The translations under genes were made by a program, and so were the position numbers. Below, piece after piece: positions 1-9,255 of a DNA stretch of 64,000 nt. The DNA is from Desulfomonilia bacterium (lineage in GTDB: Bacteria; Desulfobacterota; Desulfomonilia; UBA1062): NCBI GenBank assembly GCA_963664325.2, contig CAXXDQ010000002.1, positions 96,001 to 160,000 of the forward strand, read 5' to 3'. Each line of letters begins with the position of its first letter. Within the stretch, counting starts at the first letter, position 1. The notes beneath the pieces were generated by a model that saw only the letters and a program-made list of their open reading frames with translations, was not told the DNA's origin and searched no databases.

Positions 1-46
1 GAATTATAATAGGTAATAATAAAAGGGAAAAAAATATATGCTGAAT

Positions 47-76
47 AAAAAAGCGGGGTAATTGCCCCGCCTTTTT
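47..76. terminator. Intrinsic terminator (probably bidirectional) downstream of the 615-aa gene
   Basis: AAAAAA-GCGGGGT-AATT-GCCCCGC-CTTTTT: GC-rich stem with an A-run on one side and a T-run on the other. Confidence 0.75.
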
Positions 77-98
77 GAAACATACTTTCTTATCTGAA

Positions 99-1946
99 TT
101 ATTTTTCCTGCATCTCAGTTGTTGTTACTTGGGCCAGTGCATTGGAATTGATGTTGAACTTGAAGTCGATCTTGAACTGGACAGTCCATGCGTTTGTTAG
201 TTCGAATTTGTCAGCGCTCAGGTTGGGGCCATATATTGTATATTCTTTAACATCAGGATCAACCGCAGTCGTATCAAGCCACTTAACCAGATAAGGTTTT
301 GGGGTCAACGTGTCCTTATAGAAATCTCCGGCCCAGAAATAGGAACCTATCAATGAAACATCAAGGCCGGGGAAAAGGTTGTAAGTAAGAAAGCCTGTAA
401 GTTCTGTGCCAAGATATGGCGACACGTTGGTTGTATACTTCACGCTATTATCCATAAATACGAACGGGACTATACTGTGACCCTGGTAGTCAGTATATTG
501 GAACCATAAGGCGTAATTGATTGGGAATGATGACCAGTATTCATCCTCAAAATATTTAACATTTGAGCGCCATGCTGCAACTGCCTGTCCCTGGAATTCC
601 CATTTCTTGGCAAAACGGTATTTTGCACCAAGCCTTCCCATTGTCATATTGTTGAAACTTATATCGTTCTGGTCGAAGGCCTCTTTTGTGGCAATGTTAA
701 CAAGCGCGTTAAAATATTTGTCTTCAACTTCACCGAGAAGAATAACATCTAATACTGACGGTGTCCTGTATCCTTTTGGATTATATTCATCCCACAAGAA
801 TCCATTTATTTCAGTCCAATGGCTGATGCCTGTAGTATAAACAGCCGTTGCAAAAGGAGTCACTTTACCGATGTCATAAGAGACATCAAATAGTGCAATA
901 CCAACTTTACCTTCGACAGGCCCCATGTCTTTTATGGGCAGATAATGTGCGGAACCCGGTATATAGCTTGGAAAGGAATATCCTGCTGGGGCCTGGGCAT
1001 TACCATTGTCCATGAGGGCTTTAAGATCGTCACCGATACTGCTTTTCGTTATCTCCGCCAAGGTGCCCATTCCGGTACCGAGATAATGGAAATAATGGAG
1101 ATTGCCTTTGTTATAGTTGAATTTCCACTGGGGCAGGCATATCCTCATATTGGTGGCAGCCGATTTGGATGCGCCCAGACGGAAATCAAGCCACTGCTCT
1201 GATTTTAATGTCTTGTCGGGTTTTTCATATATGGTGACAACCCTTATTTCATCCATGTCATCCCTGTCCAGGTAATCGCCGTTTCTGGTGTTAGGGTTAT
1301 AGTAAGGGACATCAGGGTCTTCATAATAATACTTTTGCTCGGCTTTCTTGTTCCAGGCAACGGCAAAAGTCCAGCCGGGCAGGGCCTCATCAAACTGTGC
1401 CGCCCATACAAGACCATTGCTGCCGTCATTAAAGCGGCCGGCAACAAACAGCCCTACCGGCGTAATCATCTGGACAAAGGCCTCGGTCAGCCTTATTTCC
1501 TGGTCAGCCTTCTTTTTTGAATAAAGTACATAACCATTGCCCTGGTCAATTGGCTCGTATAGCGTTTTGGTGTTGTCGTCAGAACTGAATATCATATAAT
1601 CAATATCAACTCGTGCCTGGAATGTAAGTTTGTCAGTAAAAGCAATTGACGGGACAAGGAAAAGCTCATTTTCGAGCCAGGCCTCGATTTTATCTGTCTG
1701 GCCATTTGCCGGGTTAAGATCACTATTACTAGGTGGTGGGGAAATATTATACTGGGCTTTCTGGTTGCCGTCGTATCCGTTGATATCGCGTTCATGAAAA
1801 TATTTTCCGAACATCTGGTAATCACCCTCAAGCCCGATTTTAACGTCCTTCCAGTTCCATTGGGCTGCTTCGTTAACGGCAAATGCGGCGCTTGAGATAA
1901 CCATGAGAGTAAACAGGATAAGAAAAAGCTTATAAAGGAACCTCAT
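99..1946 (-). CDS. Exported protein, probable outer-membrane beta-barrel/porin
   Basis: 615-aa ORF with signal peptide (…SSAAFA), amphipathic strands (TFQARVDIDY, WTVQFKIDFKF) and an RLTEAFVQMITPVGLFVAGR segment typical of deltaproteobacterial porins; GAGGAGG RBS. Confidence 0.6.
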   Translation of the reverse strand: MRFLYKLFLILFTLMVISSAAFAVNEAAQWNWKDVKIGLEGDYQMFGKYFHERDINGYDGNQKAQYNISPPPSNSDLNPANGQTDKIEAWLENELFLVPSIAFTDKLTFQARVDIDYMIFSSDDNTKTLYEPIDQGNGYVLYSKKKADQEIRLTEAFVQMITPVGLFVAGRFNDGSNGLVWAAQFDEALPGWTFAVAWNKKAEQKYYYEDPDVPYYNPNTRNGDYLDRDDMDEIRVVTIYEKPDKTLKSEQWLDFRLGASKSAATNMRICLPQWKFNYNKGNLHYFHYLGTGMGTLAEITKSSIGDDLKALMDNGNAQAPAGYSFPSYIPGSAHYLPIKDMGPVEGKVGIALFDVSYDIGKVTPFATAVYTTGISHWTEINGFLWDEYNPKGYRTPSVLDVILLGEVEDKYFNALVNIATKEAFDQNDISFNNMTMGRLGAKYRFAKKWEFQGQAVAAWRSNVKYFEDEYWSSFPINYALWFQYTDYQGHSIVPFVFMDNSVKYTTNVSPYLGTELTGFLTYNLFPGLDVSLIGSYFWAGDFYKDTLTPKPYLVKWLDTTAVDPDVKEYTIYGPNLSADKFELTNAWTVQFKIDFKFNINSNALAQVTTTEMQEK

Positions 1947-1979
1947 GTAATCCTCCTCAAATTTTGTTTATCTATGCAA

Positions 1980-2010
1980 TCAAAGCAGGGCCTTTTAAGC
2001 CCTGCTTTGA
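1980..2010. terminator. Intergenic hairpin / terminator
   Basis: TCAAAGCAGGGC-loop-GCCCTGCTTTGA, 12-bp perfect stem. Confidence 0.6.
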
Positions 2011-2053
2011 TTTTATAACGATATGCCCTAAATGTTCAATGATTAAATTAATT

Positions 2054-3826
2054 TTAATCCAAGTTGACTGTGTTGATGAAGCAGAGACCTGATTTGCCTA
2101 AAGATGCTTCTTCTGTTGCCATTGTCAGGAAACAGCGGCCCGCATCGGAGAAGGAGCTGGCATCCGACAGGATCATGCCGAAGCCGAAATCTTCATTGTC
2201 ATCGCCGGGGTCGTTTGGATCATCTCCTGCAATTTTACCTTCAAGCTTTGCGCCCATCAGTATGGACAGTTTAAGGTCGCCCTTGGCGGGGTTGTCTGAA
2301 GGGAGCATAGCCTTGAGGCCGTCTACAAGTGATGCAACAAAAGTTGGTGAATGATCGAACATCATGATGCCCCTGTCGTCTTTCAATATTGCGCAATGGG
2401 CATATTCAGGCACCAAGGTCAGATAAATATCCAGGTAGGATCCAAAATCCTTGTACTTATCATTCTTAATTTCAGCATTGTGTGCACCTGCGTCAAGCTT
2501 GAATGCCAGATCGAGGGACATCATCCATTTCGGGACGCCCACCTCCTGGTATTCGATTCTGAGGTCGTTGATTATAAGGAGCGGCTTGTCTGTCGAGAAA
2601 TCAAACGTTATCCCTTCTTTCTTGAATGATATCTTCATTTTCTTATCGATGTCCGCTGTGGATACAGCTGTGGGTATATAAAGGGCTTGGTTAAGAACTA
2701 TGTTGCCGTTGAGCAGTGAACCCACAAACTGGGACATGTTTTCCTGCGATAGGCTAACCTCGATTGCTGAAGGGTCTCTGGTAAATTTATCAAGGGGAAT
2801 TTCAGAATTGCTGCCTGAATATAGCCTAACACCGCTGGGGAATGTTGATATTTTATCTGCAGGTTGGGCAGCATCCGGCATGAAGAGGCCTATGCTTAGG
2901 GCTGCCATGTCATCTGTCGTACTTTTCGGAATGCCGTTTATATCAAGGAAAAGATATCTCATATCTAGAGAAAGGCCGTCCATGTTAACATCTTCTGTAG
3001 TAGGGTCCTCATCCAGATCGGCCATTCCGCCAAGCATTGATTTAAGTTCCATTGATTTGATACCCATATCGATTGGAATTTGGAGAAATTGCCATAACAC
3101 GGGAACAACAAGCTTAAGTGTCGGAGAGACTTCACCCGTTTCGTTGCCTTTAAGGCCGTCAGAAAGTCCAAGAATTGCCGGTACACCAAGGTCAGCCTCC
3201 ATTATCCCTGTGGTTTGTCCTGCCTTTGGTTTCAGACTATTGATCGTTATTCCGCTAAGCGACATTCCGGCAGCGCTTGCTAATATATCCTTGCCAATCA
3301 ATACGCCAAGCCCGTTTCTTATAAGTGAACTGTATGCAGGCGTATCGACTGTCGTAAAAACATATTTTGCCTTTGAGGCCTGCTTGTTCGGATGAAGAGC
3401 CTGGATAAGAACCGGGATCAATTTGTCGGTATCAGATACAGGGTAGTTGCAGGTAAATAGATTAAGATCTGTATTATAGGTTGCCGTTATCTGGTATTCG
3501 CCGCCATCACCTACAAGGACTTTGTCGACAGGGAATGTTCCTCCTTCTACCCTGATACCGAATTTTGCTTTTGTGCCAGGATCAAGTTTTGCACCATCAT
3601 CAATAATCAGGTAGCCTCTTCCATCCCCCGAATCCTGAAGGAGCGTGATCGTCGATGCATCGGCATAGGTTGTTGCTTCTATTGCAACGCCAGGTTTGCC
3701 AGATGCCTCGCTGCTTGTCGATACTACATCGGATTCGCTGCCACCGCCTGAACAACCTGCCAATATCGACAGGATCAATGCGATCATGATTAAAGGTATC
3801 AAGTTTGCAAGTTTCTTCATTGCCAT
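2054..3826 (-). CDS. Large lipoprotein with C-terminal CFI-box-like motif
   Basis: 590-aa ORF; lipobox ILAGC followed by a Ser/Gly tether; ends SGLCFINTVNLD. Confidence 0.65.
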   Translation of the reverse strand: MAMKKLANLIPLIMIALILSILAGCSGGGSESDVVSTSSEASGKPGVAIEATTYADASTITLLQDSGDGRGYLIIDDGAKLDPGTKAKFGIRVEGGTFPVDKVLVGDGGEYQITATYNTDLNLFTCNYPVSDTDKLIPVLIQALHPNKQASKAKYVFTTVDTPAYSSLIRNGLGVLIGKDILASAAGMSLSGITINSLKPKAGQTTGIMEADLGVPAILGLSDGLKGNETGEVSPTLKLVVPVLWQFLQIPIDMGIKSMELKSMLGGMADLDEDPTTEDVNMDGLSLDMRYLFLDINGIPKSTTDDMAALSIGLFMPDAAQPADKISTFPSGVRLYSGSNSEIPLDKFTRDPSAIEVSLSQENMSQFVGSLLNGNIVLNQALYIPTAVSTADIDKKMKISFKKEGITFDFSTDKPLLIINDLRIEYQEVGVPKWMMSLDLAFKLDAGAHNAEIKNDKYKDFGSYLDIYLTLVPEYAHCAILKDDRGIMMFDHSPTFVASLVDGLKAMLPSDNPAKGDLKLSILMGAKLEGKIAGDDPNDPGDDNEDFGFGMILSDASSFSDAGRCFLTMATEEASLGKSGLCFINTVNLD

Positions 3827-4134
3827 CCCCCTTATATATAGGTGTTTTTTCTTTTATTTCATTTCGAGCAATATATATGCCATCACTCTAAATAAAAATT
3901 AATGTTAAAACCGACCAGATTTTAACCAATAAATCAGCAAGTTATAATGGTATAATAGGACTTCCCCAAAACTTGCATGACATTCTAACTGTTCAATGTT
4001 TAATTTTAAGTGAAAAAAAATTCTTTGCAAGAGAAATGTTTTACCATGCTTTATAAAATAATTAAAGACATATGAGAGTCAAGTGTTGAGCCATGGTTTG
4101 ACCGCCTTTGACTCGTGTGATAATGATCTCAGAC

Positions 4135-4231
4135 GGAAGCGGTCAGGTCCTGGTGGTCCTCCCGGACTTCAAATCCGGTGTGCTGGTCGTCGAGATTGGC
4201 TGGTGGGTTCGATTCCCATGCGCTTCCGCCA
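4135..4231 (+). tRNA. selC: tRNA-Sec (UCA)
   Basis: GGAAGCG…CGCTTCCGCCA acceptor ends, anticodon arm CCGGA-CT-TCA-AA-TCCGG, long variable arm, GGTTCGATTCC T-loop, encoded CCA, 97 nt. Confidence 0.95.
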
Positions 4232-4383
4232 TATTCCCGAATTATCAGTTCTGATAAAAATATCATGGGATTTCTCATGATGATTTTCTATATGGATTGA
4301 GCCTAAATACTGGTGATTAATTATTCAAGAAAAGGCCGGAAATTTCCGTTAAAATAAAAAACTCGCTAAAAGGAGAAATTTAC

Positions 4384-5076
4384 GTGGAATACACAGAAGA
4401 AGTTCAGCACATGTGCCAGGTGGTGAAAGGCCCCAGGAACGGACCTGCGCCTATTCCCGAGGAAGGAAAATGGATACAGGCAAAAGAAATAAAAGACATT
4501 TCAGGTCTCACGCACGGTGTTGGTTGGTGCGCGCCGCAGCAGGGCGCCTGCAAACTTACTCTCAATGTCAAGGATGGTGTAATCCAGGAAGCCCTTGTTG
4601 AAACAATCGGCTGCACGGGCATGACTCATTCCGCTGCAATGGCAGCCGAGATCATGCCTGGTAAAACAATCCTGGAATCCCTCAACACCGACCTAGTCTG
4701 TGATGCAATAAACACGGCCATGCGCGAGCTGTTTTTGCAGATTGCATACGGCCGTACTCAGACGGCTTTTTCTGAGGGCGGACTGCCTGTCGGCGCCAGC
4801 CTTGAAGACTTAGGTAAAGGTCTTTGCAGCGTATGTGGAACCATGTTCGGCACAATTGCCAAAGGACCGCGCTATCTGGAAATGGCCGAGGGCTATGTGC
4901 TCGAACTTGCATTGGATGCGGACAACGAGATCATCGGCTATAAATTTGTCCATATCGGCCGCATGATGGAGATGATCAGGAAGGGCACTGACGCAAACGA
5001 GGCGCTCAAAAAGGCTACAGGTGCTTACGGCCGCTTTGCCGAGGCGGTCAAGGTAATCAATCCGCGGCACGAGTAG
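4384..5076 (+). CDS. IscU/NifU-N-like protein (partner of the GGGtGRT protein)
   Basis: GVGWCAPQQGACKLTLNVKDG…ETIGCTGMTHSAAMA…DLVCDA motifs; AGGAG RBS before the GTG start. Confidence 0.85.
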   Translation: MEYTEEVQHMCQVVKGPRNGPAPIPEEGKWIQAKEIKDISGLTHGVGWCAPQQGACKLTLNVKDGVIQEALVETIGCTGMTHSAAMAAEIMPGKTILESLNTDLVCDAINTAMRELFLQIAYGRTQTAFSEGGLPVGASLEDLGKGLCSVCGTMFGTIAKGPRYLEMAEGYVLELALDADNEIIGYKFVHIGRMMEMIRKGTDANEALKKATGAYGRFAEAVKVINPRHE

Positions 5077-5087
5077 GGGAGGAGAAT

Positions 5088-6086
5088 ATGGCACTCTTTG
5101 AAGGATACGAAAGAAGGATTGCACAAATAAACCCTGTGCTTGAGAAATACGGTATTGCATCAATTGAAGAAGCGGAAAAAATCTGCAAAGAAAAAGGTCT
5201 TGACATATATAAGATAGTCAAAGACGTACAGCCGATATGCTTTGAGAATGCCTGCTGGGCATATGTTATGGGTGCTGCGATCGCCATCAAAAAGGGTCAG
5301 AAAAAGGCAGCCGAGATCGCAGAAACCCTGGGTGAAGGTCTACAGGCTTTCTGCATTCCGGGTTCGGTGGCGGATGACAGGAAGGTCGGCATCGGCCATG
5401 GTAATCTGGCCGCCATGCTGCTCAGGGAAGAAACGAAATGCTTTGCATTCCTTGCTGGCCATGAATCGTTTGCAGCGGCCGAAGGCGCAATAGGCCTTGC
5501 TAAATCAGCAAACAGGGCGCGAAAAGAACCTTTGAAAGTAATCCTTAACGGTCTTGGCAAGGATGCAGCCCATATTATTTCCCGTGTCAATGGATTCACC
5601 CATGTCGTGACAAAGTACGATTATCTCTCAGGCAAGCTCACGATAGTCAGCGAAAAAGCATATTCAACAGGAGAACGTGCAAAGGTCAGGTGCTATGGGG
5701 CTGACGATGTACGCGAAGGCGTGGCCATCAACCATTATGAGGGTGTTGACGTGTCGATTACGGGAAATTCCACAAACCCGACCCGCTTCCAGCATCCGGT
5801 AGCAGGAACATATAAAAAGGAGTGTCAGGAACAGGGAAAAAAATATTTCTCAGTGGCATCAGGCGGAGGAACCGGACGAACACTTCATCCCGACAACATG
5901 GCAGCCGGACCTGCATCATACGGCATGACCGATACAATGGGCCGCATGCATTCGGATGCCCAGTTCGCAGGCTCTTCATCCGTGCCTGCGCATGTCGAGA
6001 TGATGGGTTTTCTCGGAATGGGAAACAACCCGATGGTGGGTGCGTCGGTAGCGGTTGCTGTTGCAGTGGAACAAGCCATGAAATAG
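5088..6086 (+). CDS. GGGtGRT family protein
   Basis: Contains the family motif SVASGGGTGRTLHPDN; directly follows the IscU-like gene. Confidence 0.9.
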   Translation: MALFEGYERRIAQINPVLEKYGIASIEEAEKICKEKGLDIYKIVKDVQPICFENACWAYVMGAAIAIKKGQKKAAEIAETLGEGLQAFCIPGSVADDRKVGIGHGNLAAMLLREETKCFAFLAGHESFAAAEGAIGLAKSANRARKEPLKVILNGLGKDAAHIISRVNGFTHVVTKYDYLSGKLTIVSEKAYSTGERAKVRCYGADDVREGVAINHYEGVDVSITGNSTNPTRFQHPVAGTYKKECQEQGKKYFSVASGGGTGRTLHPDNMAAGPASYGMTDTMGRMHSDAQFAGSSSVPAHVEMMGFLGMGNNPMVGASVAVAVAVEQAMK

Positions 6087-6113
6087 AGAAGCAGGGCCTG
6101 ATAACTAAGGAAC

Positions 6114-6191
6114 ATCAGCTGATAAGCTGTGAAGTAAAAAACATTTGTAACATTTAACTCAGCCTGACAACTTATCAGTTCATCAGCTGAT
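6114..6191. repeat. Inverted degenerate octamer repeat element
   Basis: Left arm ATCAGCTGATAAGCTGTGAAG; right arm GACAACTT-ATCAGTTC-ATCAGCTG-AT. Confidence 0.55.
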
Positions 6192-6245
6192 TAAAATGTT
6201 TTTAGAATTGCGAAATATGCCTGACTCTGTTTGACGCAATAGCCG

Positions 6246-7256
6246 TTAGAACTGAAGCTTTAAATCCGCGCCGGCGGCCCAGCCGCTGAAATGTTCACCC
6301 CAGAAGTATGATGCGCCTATGCCCAGCCAGCGGGTTTTCCAGAGTTTGCCCAGCATGTCGAGGACGATCCGTCCGTTTACGGTGTAAATACAGTTTTCTT
6401 GAAAACCTTCGGATGCATCACCGAAAAGCCCAGTGACGGCTATAAATCCGCCGGTATGAAGTTCCCGGCTAATCAGATTGATTCCCAGAGGCACATCGAT
6501 ATCAATCTTGTTTTCCCATGTCTGGGAGTTTCCGTTTACCTTGAGATCCGGTGAAGAACTTCTGAAGTCTTCTGTATGAAAATAATTAAAGCGCGAATAG
6601 AACTCGAATGAAGTACGCTTTAGATTGAATGTGTATTTTATATCCAGTGATGGAACCACTGTCCATGTATCCATTTCCCAATCCACTAGCGTCCCCGAGA
6701 ATGCGGCATTGAATTCATCGCCAAGGGAATTGCCGGGCTTGAACTTGTTGTCGGTATGCCCGTAAATAAAGCTCACAACCGGAGCTGTGCTCAAATGTTC
6801 GGTAAAAAAGAGTCTTGCCCCTGCACCCAACTCGATGAAAAAATTGTCATAATAATTGGAATTACCATCAAGATATCCTGAATAGTAATTATAATTTGCC
6901 GTCATATAGCCCAGGTTACCCTTGAGAACAGGCGCCCATTTGATGCCGCTCGAACCCATTGATCTTGGAGGGGCCACTGTCCCGCATCCGCCAAGTTTGG
7001 TGATATTCAACTTGATATTGTCGGTTGTCTTGAATTCGTAGAATCCGCCTACTGCACCGTTATCGCCGCCGAGAATAGTAACCGCCTCGATGCGCTGTTC
7101 GGTTGCATTCTCAAGCTGGTCAATGATTTCAGGAGGCGGGGCGGGCAGTGCGTAAACCGAAAGCGGGGCGGATATGAGAATTATCAGTATTAGAAAAAAC
7201 CTGTAAAAACCGTTTTCGATTCTCCATGTTTGGCTGGCTTTACATGAGGTATTCAT
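6246..7256 (-). CDS. Outer-membrane beta-barrel protein (solitary autotransporter-barrel-like)
   Basis: Signal peptide (…LSVYA), alternating-strand pattern, terminal Phe (DLKLQF). Confidence 0.65.
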   Translation of the reverse strand: MNTSCKASQTWRIENGFYRFFLILIILISAPLSVYALPAPPPEIIDQLENATEQRIEAVTILGGDNGAVGGFYEFKTTDNIKLNITKLGGCGTVAPPRSMGSSGIKWAPVLKGNLGYMTANYNYYSGYLDGNSNYYDNFFIELGAGARLFFTEHLSTAPVVSFIYGHTDNKFKPGNSLGDEFNAAFSGTLVDWEMDTWTVVPSLDIKYTFNLKRTSFEFYSRFNYFHTEDFRSSSPDLKVNGNSQTWENKIDIDVPLGINLISRELHTGGFIAVTGLFGDASEGFQENCIYTVNGRIVLDMLGKLWKTRWLGIGASYFWGEHFSGWAAGADLKLQF

Positions 7257-7577
7257 CCGGATATTTTACAGATGTAGTTATCACCATGCAACTCCATCCT
7301 TCATTATTATCGGAACTGGTGCAGAATAGCATGTTAAATGAAAATGATTGAAAGACCATATCATGTTGAATATCTTCAAGGTGAAAAGTACTGCAAGATC
7401 GCTTGGGATAATTGGAGGTCTTTTAGGGCAATTCCATATCGTATTTTCCATATCATCGCTTGTAGGGATGTTCGTATCAGAAAGAAAAACACGGAAAGAA
7501 TGGCCTGAAAATGAGAGGTAAAGAAATAACTTAAATGACAAGGATTTTTATAATTCTGAAATAAGACCAAGCGGCTA

Positions 7578-8321
7578 TCATGAAGTTGTTTTTGTCTGCA
7601 TGTTCAAAGGTTTTTCCAGATGGTTGTCCTCAAGGAGCCTGATGTCTGAAAAGATGTCTTTTGTCATGCCGTCTGCCGCCATACGGCCTCCATTAATTAC
7701 TATCGTCCTTTCACATACATCGAGAACCAGATCCAGATCGTGAGTAGCTATTATCTTCGTGTGCTTGAAGGTCTTGAGCCAGTCGATCAGCTGTCTTCTC
7801 GATTTGGGGTCAAGGCCGCTGCTGGGTTCGTCAAGGAGAAGTATGTCGGGGGTCATGGACAAAACCGTCGCAATTGCCACCGCCTTTTTCTGGCCACCCG
7901 AAAGTCTGTACGGCGGCCTGTTTTTCAAGTGAATTGCATCAACCATTATGAGTGCCGTTTCCACCCGGTTTCTGATCTCTTCCACGGGAATGCCCATATT
8001 GAGCGGTCCGAAAGCCACATCGTCATAAACAGTAGGCATGAAAAGCTGGTCATCGGGGTCCTGGAAAATCGTACCGACCCTTTTACGCACATCCTTGAGA
8101 GTTTTATCGGTAAGTGGAAAATCACCGATCCTGACGATACCCGATGACGGGGTCAGACAGCCGTTTAAAAGCAGCAGCATTGTCGATTTTCCTGCACCGT
8201 TCGCCCCTACAACGCCAACGCTTTCTCCGTGGATTATTTTGAAATTTACACCGTCCAGGGCCTTTGTGCCGTCCGGGTATGCATATTCAAGACTGACAGC
8301 TTCGACAATGTGATGGCTCAT
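7578..8321 (-). CDS. cbiO: ECF transporter ATPase (Ni/Co)
   Basis: Walker A GANGAGKST, FQDPDDQLF, LSGGQKK, LLLDEP; in an operon with Q and MN. Confidence 0.9.
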   Translation of the reverse strand: MSHHIVEAVSLEYAYPDGTKALDGVNFKIIHGESVGVVGANGAGKSTMLLLLNGCLTPSSGIVRIGDFPLTDKTLKDVRKRVGTIFQDPDDQLFMPTVYDDVAFGPLNMGIPVEEIRNRVETALIMVDAIHLKNRPPYRLSGGQKKAVAIATVLSMTPDILLLDEPSSGLDPKSRRQLIDWLKTFKHTKIIATHDLDLVLDVCERTIVINGGRMAADGMTKDIFSDIRLLEDNHLEKPLNMQTKTTS

Positions 8322-9127
8322 GATGCCATCCTTATTATCAGACTGCCGAGCGCCTGCGGCAGGTTATAAGTCCTGCACAGGAAGAAAAACATGCACCAGA
8401 GTAATATGTATGAATAATCCGCCGGTCTCATTTTCATGGTTTTCATTATCCTTATCTCACCTTCGAAACCTCGCGAAACCATTGCATTATGGATGCGTTC
8501 CGCCCTGTTTATTGACCTTAACAGAAGTTGACCGACAAGAGAGCCGATGATTTTTATGTCAGGGTATGTTCGGAATGACCTCAGGCTGTGTGCGCGGATC
8601 ATCCTTAACGCCTCATCGAACAGCACGAATATATACCGGTACATGAATAGAAGCTGTACCGCAAAGACCCTGGGAATCTTGAGCCTGATAAGGCCAGCGC
8701 ACATGGTTTCGAATCCGGTTGTCGCAACCAGTGTAAGAGCGGTTCCAACTGTCAGGATAAACTTAATCATAATCGATATGAATGAAATTGTGCCGCCTGA
8801 GATGCCCAGGCTTCCGATATTCATTACGATCTGGCGGTCAATAAAGGGGTTGGCGATCCCTATGGCGATGGCAAATGGGGACACTGCAAGTATTTTCACG
8901 CCCATGTTTTTTAAAGGAATCCTACCCAGAGACATTACGACAACCGGATATATGATCAACGGCAGCAGGCCTGAAAGTTCATACTTCGGAAAAGAAACAG
9001 TAATAAAAATAAAACAAATGGTAACAAGAAACTTTGAACGCGGGTCAAGCTTGTGAACAGGTGTGTCCTTAAGGGATAGAAGGTTAAGGCTGCCGATTGA
9101 GTTCAATGCTTTCTCGATACCTGCCAA
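8318..9127 (-). CDS. cbiQ: ECF transporter T component (Ni/Co)
   Basis: HKLDPRSK, FMYRYIFVL, RAERIHNAMVSRGF motifs; overlaps cbiO by 4 nt. Confidence 0.9.
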   Translation of the reverse strand: MAGIEKALNSIGSLNLLSLKDTPVHKLDPRSKFLVTICFIFITVSFPKYELSGLLPLIIYPVVVMSLGRIPLKNMGVKILAVSPFAIAIGIANPFIDRQIVMNIGSLGISGGTISFISIMIKFILTVGTALTLVATTGFETMCAGLIRLKIPRVFAVQLLFMYRYIFVLFDEALRMIRAHSLRSFRTYPDIKIIGSLVGQLLLRSINRAERIHNAMVSRGFEGEIRIMKTMKMRPADYSYILLWCMFFFLCRTYNLPQALGSLIIRMAS

Positions 9128-9163
9128 AAGTACTCTCCGTGATATTTATTGAGCCTGCTCAAA

Positions 9164-9205
9164 ATCATCCGGAGGAAAGGAAGAGGGCCTTATCCTCCGG
9201 ATGAT
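9164..9205. other. Intra-operon hairpin between nikMN and nikQ
   Basis: ATCATCCGGAGGA…TCCTCCGGATGAT, 13-bp perfect stem. Confidence 0.55.
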
Positions 9206-9255
9206 CGATATCAGACTGTCAACAAGATGTTCGCAACAGAAAATGATATCAATTT

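Noticed and set aside
4200-4231. selC as the integration site of a genomic island
   Set aside because: No integrase nearby, and I found no duplicate of the tRNA 3' end in the window.
4083-4280. 65-aa ORF
   Set aside because: It overlaps tRNA-Sec completely.
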